NCBI GenBank assembly: GCA_002897715.1
Contig: BDUA01000039.1
Span: 244-64,243 of the forward strand
DNA length: 64,000 nt
Direction of reading: 5' to 3'
Source: a bacterium BMS3Abin01
Lineage (GTDB): Bacteria; Actinomycetota; Thermoleophilia; BMS3ABIN01
The position numbers and the translations under genes are program-made. This document shows, one piece after another, positions 1 to 9,180 of the stretch (the first letter of the stretch is position 1; the number at the start of each line of letters is the position of its first letter). A model generated the notes under the pieces. It made no database searches. It worked only from the letters and a program-made list of their open reading frames with translations, and was not told the origin of the DNA.

Positions 1-68
1 ACGTAGAGCCGCTGCCGGCGGGCGGTTTGGAACCGGACGATCGGGGGACGATTCCCAGTAGATAATCC

Positions 69-512
69 TCAGACAGGCGCCGGATCCGAGAACCAGTGAG
101 GGTTGCTGCCTTCGTCGAGACAGCTGGCGTTGTTCACCGCTGTGAACCTGCTGACGCCCGGCGACACGTAATAGGTGAAGCTGTAGGCCAGGGAGCCGTC
201 AACGGTGAACTCACCCAGTGCCACCGGCAACGGCCCCAGGGGCAGGACTCCGTAGGTAGCCGAACCGCTGGTGACCTCTCCGGCCAGACACGAACCCGTA
301 CCCAGGTTCCTCACCCGGTAATCGACCATCAGCCGCCACTGCTGATAGGCGGCGAAGCTGGGCCAGTATGTTTTCGTGTTCGCCAGCGTCAACCGGGGCG
401 AGGTCACGGTGAACGACCATGTCTGCTCGGCAACCAGTCCGTCCAGGTCGGCGGCGACGATCTGTACCTGGTGCGTTCCGTCGTCAAGGCCGTGGTCCGT
501 TTCTGGCGCCAT
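69..512 (-). CDS. C-terminal continuation of the secreted beta-rich protein. Possible pseudogene or readthrough partner of 516..899
   Basis: Same reading frame as the upstream ORF. Composition is beta-strand rich (T/S/V/Y-rich, Ig-like). No independent ribosome-binding site was evaluated. Confidence 0.4.
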   Translation of the reverse strand: MAPETDHGLDDGTHQVQIVAADLDGLVAEQTWSFTVTSPRLTLANTKTYWPSFAAYQQWRLMVDYRVRNLGTGSCLAGEVTSGSATYGVLPLGPLPVALGEFTVDGSLAYSFTYYVSPGVSRFTAVNNASCLDEGSNPHWFSDPAPV

Positions 513-515
513 CCG

Positions 516-899
516 TTACTGGACCAGACCGCCGTTGATGTTGGCGCCGGCGGTGATATCCGCGCCGTCCAGGTAGACATGGACGGATGCCTGGTCTACA
601 CCCACCCCCTTATCAACGACCTCGGCGGATACCGGCGCCCAGGAGTTGTTCACCGTCGCCCCCGGTATCGGCTGCAGGTCGTCGATCGCAGGCGGATTAA
701 TATCGATACGGGCCTGATAGATATCCCAGTTGCCGGCGCGCTTGTCCACCCAGACCACGGTCCGGCGGCCGCTGATGGCGAAGTTGACCTGATCCAACGG
801 GTCTGACACCACCGGTGACTCGCCGTAAACGGCATATGCCGGGAGCACCAGGGCCAGGGCCAGAAACAGCCCGAGAACAAAAACCGTGTTTTTTCTCAA
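516..899 (-). CDS. Secreted protein, signal peptide plus one PD40/TolB-like beta-propeller repeat. An in-frame TAA at 516-518 separates it from ORF 69..512
   Basis: N-terminal hydrophobic signal sequence (VFVLGLFLALALVLPAYA). 'DKRAGNWDIYQARID' resembles a PD40 repeat. Same frame as 69..512, separated only by a TAA stop and one codon. Confidence 0.5.
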   Translation of the reverse strand: MRKNTVFVLGLFLALALVLPAYAVYGESPVVSDPLDQVNFAISGRRTVVWVDKRAGNWDIYQARIDINPPAIDDLQPIPGATVNNSWAPVSAEVVDKGVGVDQASVHVYLDGADITAGANINGGLVQ

Positions 900-1124
900 C
901 TAAGTCCCACCTCATCCCCGCCCTTGCCCTGGTCATCTCCGGTCGTCATGGCAGACCGCCGCAAGCAGAAAGCCCCGGGCAAGCCTTCGGCTATTAGGCT
1001 CGCTCCGGAGCATTCGTCCAAACCAGAATCCCACTTACACTTTCACATGTATTATTTAATTTTACACTCTATCGGCAGAATATCATGATGCAGTTTCTGT
1101 ACGTTCTGGTTAATAATAACCAAA

Positions 1125-2612
1125 TTATTCGCTGGAGACGGCGCCGCGAACCCCCCGCAGCAACCACCAGTCGATGGGTAGCCCCCAGTACTGCCGCCGG
1201 CACCTGGCGGAACTGAGCCCGGTGGCCGCCTTGACATAAGCGGCGCGCAGGCGGCTGCGCGCCGCCCGGCGGCGCACCCATTCGGAGGGATAGCCGTAAA
1301 CCAGGTAGAACTCCCGCTGCTTCATGCGGTTCTGGAAACTCTTGCTCATCCAGGGCAGGCCCCCCTTCACGGTGCTGAACGCTGCCCACTCCTCTAGCGA
1401 GCCGGGGCCTTCAAGCCCCAGTTCCAGGGCACGGTCATACAGAGCGTTGCCCGGCGTGGGCGCGTAGAAGTGCAGCTGCGAATTGTACTCGCCGACGATA
1501 CGCGACACCTGTTCCATCACCTGCCAGGTCTCCTCTATCTCCTGCTCCGACTCGCCCGGGAAACCGACGATGTAGCTGTAGGAGATCTTGACGCCATGCC
1601 GGGTGGCCACCCGCGCCGCCTCCAGGATGTCCCGGGGCTCTATGTCCTTCTGCATGGTATGCAGCTGCGTCTCCGAACCGCTCTCGGCTCCCACCAGGAA
1701 GGCCCAGAGCCCGCTCTGCTTGAGGACGTCGAAGGTGGCGTCCTCGAACTTCCCCAGCTGCGGCGCCCGGGCGTTAGCGGCCCAGCCGAACCGCATTCCC
1801 TTCTCCACCATCTTCTGGGAGATCTCCACCGCGCGGCGTTCGTTGACGAAATAGGTGGAATCGAAATACATTATGCCGTTTACGCCCAGGAAGCTCTCCA
1901 GGAACTCCAGGTCGGCAAGCACCCTGTCAGGGGTATAGGCCTTCCAGCGACGCCCGTAGACCAGAGGCTCGGCGCAGAACTGACAGCGGGACGGGCAGCC
2001 CTGGCTGGAAACATAGTTGATCACGCGCGAACCCACGTGCATGTTGTTCAGGTATCGCCGGGGCTGCTCCAGCTTCTCGTAGGGCAGGCGGGGGAACCGG
2101 TTGATATCCGCCACCTTGCGCCCCGGGTTGGACACGGTCTCGCCTTCACGGGTGAAGGTTATGCCCTCCAGGTCGGAGAAATCCTCGCCCTGGCTCAGCC
2201 GGCCGGCCAGCGCCAGCAACGTCAGCTCCCCCTGGCCCCGCACCACCGCGTCGACGAACCGGTTGCGGCTGGTCTGCTCCGGCAGGATGGAGGGATGGTA
2301 ACCACCCCAGATAATGGGCAGCTTCAAGCCCGCCTGCCTCACGGCTTTCGCCGCCTCCAGCCCGAAATGTATCTGAGGCCCGGTCATGCAGCTGATGCCC
2401 AGCATCAGCGAGCCGCGGCACTCTTCCACCAGGCGCTGGCGCCAGTGCGGTTCCAGGTTGGCGTCCAGCAGCACCACATCGTACCCTTCGGCGAACAGGG
2501 GCGCGGACACCGCCATTATGGGTAGCGGCGCCCAGGTCCAGGGGTGATAGACCTTGTCGAAATGGTTCCTGGGATAAAGCAGGGTGATTTTCTTTCTGTT
2601 ATTCCTGGTCAT
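1125..2612 (-). CDS. Cobalamin-binding (class B) radical SAM enzyme
   Basis: N-terminal B12-binding-like Rossmann region (ITLLYPRNHF...VVLLDAN...IIWGGYHPS). CxxxCxxC motif 'CPSRCQFC' preceded by 'SSQG'. Domain order is typical of B12-rSAM methyltransferases. Confidence 0.8.
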   Translation of the reverse strand: MTRNNRKKITLLYPRNHFDKVYHPWTWAPLPIMAVSAPLFAEGYDVVLLDANLEPHWRQRLVEECRGSLMLGISCMTGPQIHFGLEAAKAVRQAGLKLPIIWGGYHPSILPEQTSRNRFVDAVVRGQGELTLLALAGRLSQGEDFSDLEGITFTREGETVSNPGRKVADINRFPRLPYEKLEQPRRYLNNMHVGSRVINYVSSQGCPSRCQFCAEPLVYGRRWKAYTPDRVLADLEFLESFLGVNGIMYFDSTYFVNERRAVEISQKMVEKGMRFGWAANARAPQLGKFEDATFDVLKQSGLWAFLVGAESGSETQLHTMQKDIEPRDILEAARVATRHGVKISYSYIVGFPGESEQEIEETWQVMEQVSRIVGEYNSQLHFYAPTPGNALYDRALELGLEGPGSLEEWAAFSTVKGGLPWMSKSFQNRMKQREFYLVYGYPSEWVRRRAARSRLRAAYVKAATGLSSARCRRQYWGLPIDWWLLRGVRGAVSSE

Positions 2613-2653
2613 AACCTGCCGTTCTGCCTGGTTTGTTTATTGGCCACAACAGC

Positions 2654-4315
2654 TCACCCGGGGTCCGTCTGGTTCAGCCTGAAGATCATTAGCTCACGAT
2701 CGGTCCCTTTATAAAGAGTCTTGACCAGCACCCATTGCGGGTGTTCATCCGCAGACGACAGCAGCTCGAAAAGTTCCGGCCGCCAGTCAGCAAGCTCCCG
2801 CTTGCCGATCACCAGGTAGTCGACGTCTTTCTCGCGGGCGTAATCAGTGGTGCTTTGATAGTCGGCGTAAGGAAGGATGACCTCTATCCCGTCAGCGTAA
2901 AAAGCCGGAGAATAATACCTGCTGAGTATCCTTTCCCCCGGTCCCGCAGTCTCCTTGATCCACTCACCCGCTACCCGGTATTCAGTCGGATAGCTTTTCC
3001 TCAGCACCGTGGATAACGAGAACAGCAGCAGCGGCGCCAGGACGGCGATACCCACCAGCCAGGGGACCCTGGACCGCCAGGACGAATGGCGTTCCTCGCC
3101 GAAGGACAGGAGTAGTGTCTCATCGCCCCATTGCTCCAGCCGCTGCCAGCCCTGGGCCACCCATATGGCTATCAGGGGCAGGAACGGCAGGAAGAAACGG
3201 TCATGCACATAGAAGGCGATGATGAACAGAGCCGGCAGCATTAGCAGAAGAAAATAGCCGACGCCCGCCGCCCGCCGGCGGTCCCAGCCACTGGCGAACA
3301 GACCAAGGCCCAGCAGCGGCAGCAGCCACAGCGGCAGTATCTTCGGCAGCTCCTCCGTGACAAGGATGTAGCCCTGCCGGGCAAAGACCTTGGTCGCCAG
3401 CACCGGCTCCCTGACGATATTCTTCAAGGGGTCGTTGTATTTATCGAGGCGCAGGGCGACAATGTCCTGTCCGTCGTCGGTGAGCCCCTGAAGCTTCTTC
3501 TCCCAGGCCAGGGTGCCGTAGCTGAGATCATGGGTAGCGGTATAGTAGTTGCCGCCGGTGGTTTTCCCACTATAGGTCCACTCGCCCAGCTCCGCGTGGA
3601 GGAAAACGAAGTAGGGTACGGCGTAAACGGCGAAGCACAGCAGGAAGATCAGCATGGCCTTGATCATCTGGCGCCACAGGCCGAAGTAAATACTCCGCGC
3701 CGCCAGCAGGGCCAGGAAAAGAACAGGATAATAGATGGCCGCGGGATTGGCGAGATAGGCAAGCCCCAGCGAGGCTCCCGCCAGCGTGCTGCATAGCACC
3801 CGGCACCCTCTGATCATGTGGAACCCGAACACAAATGCCAACGTCAGGAAAAAAACGTAGACGCTCTCGTTGTAGATCCTGGATGAGTAGTCAACAACCA
3901 GCGGCAGCACCGCGACGATCGCCGCCGCCATCAGCCCCACCCTCTCGCTGACGAACTCTTTCCCCAGCAGATAGGTCGGCAGCAGGATCAGGCTGCCGAA
4001 GGCTATCACGATCACGTAGGCGGCTACGACATAATCCCTGACAATGGTGGATAAACCGGCTATCAACAAGGGCAGCAACGGTGAGAAGTGGGTAGCGGTC
4101 CTGCCTACCTCGGTGATATCCTTCATGCCGTTTCCGGATACAAGGTCCTGCGCCAGGCGCACATAGGCGGTTTCGTCCAGCATGATCATCTGCCGCGACA
4201 GTACCGCTACGACGCGCACTATCATCGCCAGCAGGATCAGCAGGAACAGGATCCTGCCCGAACTCAGCCGGGGCCTGGTGACTGCATCTCTTGTTGTTTT
4301 CATATTTTCATCCAT
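2654..4315 (-). CDS. GT-C fold membrane glycosyltransferase, ArnT/PMT (GT39/GT83)-like
   Basis: About 11 TM helices. Conserved first-loop 'LDETAY' (DE motif of ArnT/PMT). C-terminal extracytoplasmic soluble domain. Confidence 0.7.
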   Translation of the reverse strand: MDENMKTTRDAVTRPRLSSGRILFLLILLAMIVRVVAVLSRQMIMLDETAYVRLAQDLVSGNGMKDITEVGRTATHFSPLLPLLIAGLSTIVRDYVVAAYVIVIAFGSLILLPTYLLGKEFVSERVGLMAAAIVAVLPLVVDYSSRIYNESVYVFFLTLAFVFGFHMIRGCRVLCSTLAGASLGLAYLANPAAIYYPVLFLALLAARSIYFGLWRQMIKAMLIFLLCFAVYAVPYFVFLHAELGEWTYSGKTTGGNYYTATHDLSYGTLAWEKKLQGLTDDGQDIVALRLDKYNDPLKNIVREPVLATKVFARQGYILVTEELPKILPLWLLPLLGLGLFASGWDRRRAAGVGYFLLLMLPALFIIAFYVHDRFFLPFLPLIAIWVAQGWQRLEQWGDETLLLSFGEERHSSWRSRVPWLVGIAVLAPLLLFSLSTVLRKSYPTEYRVAGEWIKETAGPGERILSRYYSPAFYADGIEVILPYADYQSTTDYAREKDVDYLVIGKRELADWRPELFELLSSADEHPQWVLVKTLYKGTDRELMIFRLNQTDPG

Positions 4316-4327
4316 CAGGTTGGTCCT

Positions 4328-6187
4328 TCAGTCCACTCTTCTATAGACCTTTATGCCGTCCTCTTCGAATATCAGCCGGTAGGGGCTGCCCGGAGCGACC
4401 ACGAAGCTGAAGGACCCCTCGTCATTATAAAGCGGGTTCCCGAACGGCTTCAGGATCACATAATCGGCTCGCTCCAGCTGTTCCAGGCCCTGCGGCAGCC
4501 GGTCCGGTTCCTCCGGTACTGCCCAGATCAGCGGCTCATACAGGCCCCAGCGCGATGAGAGCCGCGGAAAGACCCGTCCGTCGTTGGAGGCCACAGGAGC
4601 GTCCGCGGGCACCATATCGATCGCCTTGTCCAGGGCTGCTGCCGCCGCCGGCTTCCCCAGCGGCAGGTTATAGGTCCACAGGTGCGCGGCTGAACCGATC
4701 AGGGTAATGAATATCACCGAGAATATTATAGCTGTTCTGCGTCGATCCGCTGCCGGAACCCTTTGCTGCGCCCTGTTGATGAAACTGACGATACCCAGCC
4801 AGAGTGCTGATACTATCAAAACCGAGTAATGGGCGATCCCCCCCGCCGCCAGGGAAACATCATTGCTGCGCGCTAAGAATGTCGCCAGGTTCGGCAGTGC
4901 GAAGATACTCACCAGGCTGGTCCAGGGCAGGACCAGACCCATGGGCATGAGCAGATTGTAAACATAGCTTTTCTGCAAACGCCAGGTCTCCTCCAGGGCA
5001 TAAAGGGGGTGGCCTGCTATCGTTTTAACCATTTGCGCCGGCGAGTCGCCGAAATGCCCGTAATAAAAATTAAACACCCAGTGTTCGGTCGTGGCCGCGA
5101 ATATCAGTACCACCACCGACTGCCAGACGATCCAGGCCGCGAACGGCGCCACAACCCATTTCCAGGGCATGCGCTTCAATAACGAATAGAAGGAGAAGAC
5201 CAGGGCCACCGGGATAAAGTCTTCCCGAACCGTCAACACCATCAACAGAAAAAACATGAACAGGCCGAACCGCTTCTCCATGAAGAAATAAAAAGCCGCG
5301 AAGAAGAACACAGCGACGAAAACCACTTCATAACCTGAGGTAAAGTGCTGTGAGACTATCTCCGGATGGAACAGGAACGCCGCCGACAGCAACAGCCCGG
5401 CAATCCCGCTGCCGGTGAGCCGGCGGACACAATAAAACAGCGGGACCGCGGCCAGGGCCAGCGCCAGGCTCCTCAGCACCAGGATCGTTATCGGCGACTG
5501 GTACAGGGCATAAACCGGAAGGATCATCAACAGGAACGGCGATACGTGGGTGCTCAGGTAGCTACCGGAGGTCTCCTCCAGGGATGAATAAAAAAAATCG
5601 CCCCGAAGCGTCGCCCACAGGGTCTGATTGTACTGGGCCAGGTCACTGTGATAGCGGAACTGGCTGTAAGCCAGCAGGGCGAGCCCGGCGAACACCACAA
5701 AATACAGGGCCGTCCCCCCCCAGAGTATGCGTACTGAGTTTTTCTCCAGGGCGGCGGTCACCCTGTCTGAGCGCCGCCAGAATAACAGCAGCTTTATGCA
5801 GATGCTGCCGGCCACCGAGAGTCCCAGCAGCCATAGACAGAGCGCGGCCAGCCGGGTGGGCGATGGGTTCCCTTTCAGAAAGGAACTGAACACCCTGTGG
5901 CTGAGGTACGGCGAGGATAACGGGAAAACAATGAAAGGCACAAGGGAGACGGCGACCTTGCACGATGCATCCTGCAGGGGGAGGCCCGTCAACCTGGAAA
6001 CAATCCCGGATTCCGCCAGCCACACCGCCATCAGTCCCAGAGCCGCCGCCAGGACCGCCGCCAGCCGTGCCCCGGGCGCCCAGCCCAGCGCGCCCGTCAG
6101 CGCCCAGGCGAAGACCCCGCAACCCGCCGACAGCGCCGGCGGCAGCCAGGCCGTCAGGCGTTTTCTCAGGAGGACGGCTGCAGACAA
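4328..6187 (-). CDS. Large polytopic membrane protein with C-terminal extracytoplasmic domain (DUF2079-like / possible GT-C transferase)
   Basis: More than 12 predicted TM segments followed by a ~150-aa soluble C-terminus. No catalytic motif recognised. Confidence 0.5.
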   Translation of the reverse strand: MSAAVLLRKRLTAWLPPALSAGCGVFAWALTGALGWAPGARLAAVLAAALGLMAVWLAESGIVSRLTGLPLQDASCKVAVSLVPFIVFPLSSPYLSHRVFSSFLKGNPSPTRLAALCLWLLGLSVAGSICIKLLLFWRRSDRVTAALEKNSVRILWGGTALYFVVFAGLALLAYSQFRYHSDLAQYNQTLWATLRGDFFYSSLEETSGSYLSTHVSPFLLMILPVYALYQSPITILVLRSLALALAAVPLFYCVRRLTGSGIAGLLLSAAFLFHPEIVSQHFTSGYEVVFVAVFFFAAFYFFMEKRFGLFMFFLLMVLTVREDFIPVALVFSFYSLLKRMPWKWVVAPFAAWIVWQSVVVLIFAATTEHWVFNFYYGHFGDSPAQMVKTIAGHPLYALEETWRLQKSYVYNLLMPMGLVLPWTSLVSIFALPNLATFLARSNDVSLAAGGIAHYSVLIVSALWLGIVSFINRAQQRVPAADRRRTAIIFSVIFITLIGSAAHLWTYNLPLGKPAAAAALDKAIDMVPADAPVASNDGRVFPRLSSRWGLYEPLIWAVPEEPDRLPQGLEQLERADYVILKPFGNPLYNDEGSFSFVVAPGSPYRLIFEEDGIKVYRRVD

Positions 6188-7296
6188 TCCTGGTGCTCCT
6201 GTAGGAAGGCCAGAATGGTATCGATCACCTGGCCGAGCTGTGCCTGGTCGATCTCAGGGAAAACGGGCAGCGAAAGGATCTCCTTCACTATCCGTTCAGT
6301 GACCGGCAGGACCATACCCCCCGTCTCATCTGCATAAGCCGGCTGCTTATGCACCGGGACCGGATAGTGGACCAGGGTCCGCACCCCCCTGGTTGACAGG
6401 TACGACTGCAGTTCATCCCGCCTGGCTGTGCGGATAACGAACAGATGATAAACATGGCGACCCCATTCCCGCTCCACCGGCAGTATCAATCCCGAGCCGG
6501 ACAGCCCCCGGCGATAAACAGACGCCGCCCGCCGGCGCCTGTTCGAATATTCATCCAGCCTCTTCAGCTTTACCCGTAGTATTGCCGCCTGTATCTCGTC
6601 CAGCCGGCTGACGTCGCCCTTGTAGATGTTCAGGTATCGCTGCTGGCCCTGGCCGCAGTTGGCCAGGGAGCGGATCTTGGCCGCCAGGCCGCTGTCGGCG
6701 GTAACCACGGCGCCGCCATCGCCGCAAGCCCCCAGGTTCTTTGTGGGATAAAAACTGAAACAGCCCACGGTACCGATGGTCCCGGCGGCGCGCCCCTTGT
6801 ACGCGGCGCCATGGGCCTGGGCACAATCCTCTATCACGGCCAGTCCGTGTTCCCCGGCAAAAGCCATAATGGGGTCCATGTCCGCCGGATGTCCATAAAG
6901 ATGCACCGGCATGACCGCCCTGGTCCGGTCGGTCCTCACCCTTTCCAGCCCCTCCGTATTCATGCAGTATGTATCCTCATCCACATCCAGGAGAACCGGC
7001 CTGGCCCCGGTCTTGGAGATGGCCAGGGCCGTGTTCACCGCAGTATGGGAAACGGTGACCACCTCGTCACCGGCACCGATGTCCAGCGCCTTGAGCGCCA
7101 GGTACAAGGCATCGGTTCCGGAATTCACTGTGGCGACCTCCACCCCTCCCAGCCAGCGTCCGAATTCTTCCTCAAAGGCTTCTACGTTTTCACCCAGCAC
7201 GAAACAGCCGCCGGCAAGTACCCGGGAGACAGCCGCGTCTATCTCGTCTTTAAGGTCTTCATAACCGGCCTTCAGATCGATATAAGGAACATCCAT
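6166..7296 (-). CDS. DegT/DnrJ/EryC1/StrS (ArnB-like) PLP-dependent sugar aminotransferase
   Basis: Fold-type I aminotransferase signature: 'VLGENVEAFEEEFGRWLG', 'VNSGTDALYLAL', 'VTVSHTAV', 'FSFYPTKNLGACGDGG' (lysine region). Confidence 0.85.
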   Translation of the reverse strand: MDVPYIDLKAGYEDLKDEIDAAVSRVLAGGCFVLGENVEAFEEEFGRWLGGVEVATVNSGTDALYLALKALDIGAGDEVVTVSHTAVNTALAISKTGARPVLLDVDEDTYCMNTEGLERVRTDRTRAVMPVHLYGHPADMDPIMAFAGEHGLAVIEDCAQAHGAAYKGRAAGTIGTVGCFSFYPTKNLGACGDGGAVVTADSGLAAKIRSLANCGQGQQRYLNIYKGDVSRLDEIQAAILRVKLKRLDEYSNRRRRAASVYRRGLSGSGLILPVEREWGRHVYHLFVIRTARRDELQSYLSTRGVRTLVHYPVPVHKQPAYADETGGMVLPVTERIVKEILSLPVFPEIDQAQLGQVIDTILAFLQEHQDCLQPSS

Positions 7297-7298
7297 GA

Positions 7299-8390
7299 CT
7301 AGATGAATTCCAGGTGTTTCCGGTTTTCAACTATCCAGTCGCGCGCCAGCACGGCCGCCTCGTGGAACGGACAGTCGAACACGGCGCATTCCCTGGGCCT
7401 GGTGGCGTGAAACGCATCGAGGTGACGCCGGCTGTACCAGATCTCCGGAAAGCTCTTGTTATAGACATTGCCGATGCGGTGTGTTTTCTTGCGATGATGG
7501 AAAAAGGCGCAGAGGTACATGGTGCCGGTGGCGTCGATCACCGGATGGATGGGGTTGAGAAAGCAGCGTCCGATGACTTTCGTCTTTTCCAGGCTGCCGA
7601 AAACCTGGAATGATTCATCCGAGAGCTCCATGGCCCGCTGCGCGACTTCGCCGGCACGCTCCAGCTCATCGCCTTCCAGGGTGAACTTGCTGGCGCGCAG
7701 TGCCTTGTATTGAAGGTAATCCAGCCCCATGTCCCTGGCAAGCTCCGCGGCGACAGCCAGCTCCGGCCAGTTCTTGCTGGAAACCAGGTATTTAGCGCCG
7801 ATGGTGGCGCTGCCGTATTTTAACCGCCGCGCCGCGCCTTCCCCTTCCCCGGTTGTCCTGGTTCTCCGGTCTGCCAGATCCTCAAGATTCCTGACAAGGG
7901 TTTCGAACTCATCCCGCCCATGGATCTTCCGGTAGGTTTCCCGGGTGCCCGCGTCAAAGGCCACCCGCAGGAACAGCAGATTCTGCACCAGGAACTCCGA
8001 CAGCTCGTCGTTCAGCAGGGTGCCATTGGTGAACATCCCCACTTTCAGGCCCCGGCTGCGCATGAAGGCTATCGCCGGGACGATGCTGGGGTAAAGCAGC
8101 GGCTCCCCCCCTCCCGATATCTCCACTCCCTCCACCCCCAGCTCGGCTATGTCGGTCACGACCTCCTTGAAAATTTCGAAATCAAGAAAGCGCTCCTCGT
8201 CTTTGTGCATATACCGGGAATGGCAGCCGGCACAGGCGTGGTTGCAGGTATTGGACAGGAAGAACTCCATGGTGCGGGGAACGGGCATCTTGCCCTCCAG
8301 TATCTGCCGCACCTCGTGGTAGCAGGAAAGGATCTTCATCGCCCCGATGGGGATCTTGTCTACGCTAATCATGGTCAGCTTTCCGGTCAT
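7299..8390 (-). CDS. Radical SAM enzyme with C-terminal Cys-rich SPASM/twitch-like extension
   Basis: 'CNHACAGC' CxxxCxxC motif. Additional C-terminal cysteines (CFLNP...CAFF...CAVFDC). Translationally coupled to the downstream GT2. Confidence 0.75.
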   Translation of the reverse strand: MTGKLTMISVDKIPIGAMKILSCYHEVRQILEGKMPVPRTMEFFLSNTCNHACAGCHSRYMHKDEERFLDFEIFKEVVTDIAELGVEGVEISGGGEPLLYPSIVPAIAFMRSRGLKVGMFTNGTLLNDELSEFLVQNLLFLRVAFDAGTRETYRKIHGRDEFETLVRNLEDLADRRTRTTGEGEGAARRLKYGSATIGAKYLVSSKNWPELAVAAELARDMGLDYLQYKALRASKFTLEGDELERAGEVAQRAMELSDESFQVFGSLEKTKVIGRCFLNPIHPVIDATGTMYLCAFFHHRKKTHRIGNVYNKSFPEIWYSRRHLDAFHATRPRECAVFDCPFHEAAVLARDWIVENRKHLEFI

Positions 8391-9180
8391 AGGTCTTTGT
8401 CCGTTCGGCGGCCGTGGCCGGCAACCGTCCCTTCAGGAACCGGTTGAAACGACGCTTGACCCTGATCGTCCCCACCAGCATCTTCACGCTCTCTTTCCAG
8501 ACATCGGTCTCGCCGCTGGTAGTATCATGACGCCAGGGCAATCCCACCTCCACAACCCTGTACCCACATGCGTTTGCCTGGGCGACCAGCTCCGTCAACA
8601 GCTCGAAACCATCGGACCGCAGGTCGACATCCGCCAGAATCTTCCGGTAAAAGGCCATAAAACCTGTCTGGGTATCGGTAATGTCGAGGTGAAACAACAG
8701 GCGTGTCAGCAGAGTGTAGCCGCGGCTGAATATCCGGCGCTTCAACGGATAGTCGGCCCGGATACCGGCATACCTCGACCCCACGGCCATGTCGGCTCCC
8801 TCCAGTGATTCTAGCAGTTCCGGCAGAGTCCTCTCCGGCGGCATCGCCATGTCGGCGTCCATCTGAAAGATTATCTCTCCCGCGGCGATCCCGTACATCT
8901 GCCGGTATGTGAACCCCGCCCCCCGGTTGGGGTAGTGGCTGGCCACCTTTACCGCCGCATCCTCCCCGGCCAATCTCCTTAACGACTCCAGGGTGCCGTC
9001 GGTGCTGCCGTCATCGCCGAAAATGATCTCGTAGGTCACCGGCAGCGCCCGACAGGCCTCCTTGAGCTTCTCGTAACTGCTCCTGATGATCGTTGCTTCG
9101 TTAAAGCAGGGAACCAGCACGCTTATCCGTGGTCCCTCACCTGCTTCGGCCCGGGGATGATCCGGTTCGACGGCGTTCAC
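8365..9180 (-). CDS. GT2 glycosyltransferase, polyprenyl-phosphate sugar synthase (Dpm1/ArnC)-like
   Basis: 'ISVLVPCFNEA', 'DDGSTDGT' and a DxD region. ~270 aa soluble GT-A fold. GTG start overlaps the TGA stop of the upstream radical SAM gene (GTGA). Confidence 0.75.
   Translation of the reverse strand: MNAVEPDHPRAEAGEGPRISVLVPCFNEATIIRSSYEKLKEACRALPVTYEIIFGDDGSTDGTLESLRRLAGEDAAVKVASHYPNRGAGFTYRQMYGIAAGEIIFQMDADMAMPPERTLPELLESLEGADMAVGSRYAGIRADYPLKRRIFSRGYTLLTRLLFHLDITDTQTGFMAFYRKILADVDLRSDGFELLTELVAQANACGYRVVEVGLPWRHDTTSGETDVWKESVKMLVGTIRVKRRFNRFLKGRLPATAAERTKTYDRKADHD

Noticed and set aside
1470-2525. 351-aa plus-strand ORF antisense to the first B12-radical SAM gene
   Set aside because: It is antisense to a gene with strong domain evidence. 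It has no recognisable motifs and a GC-rich frame artefact.
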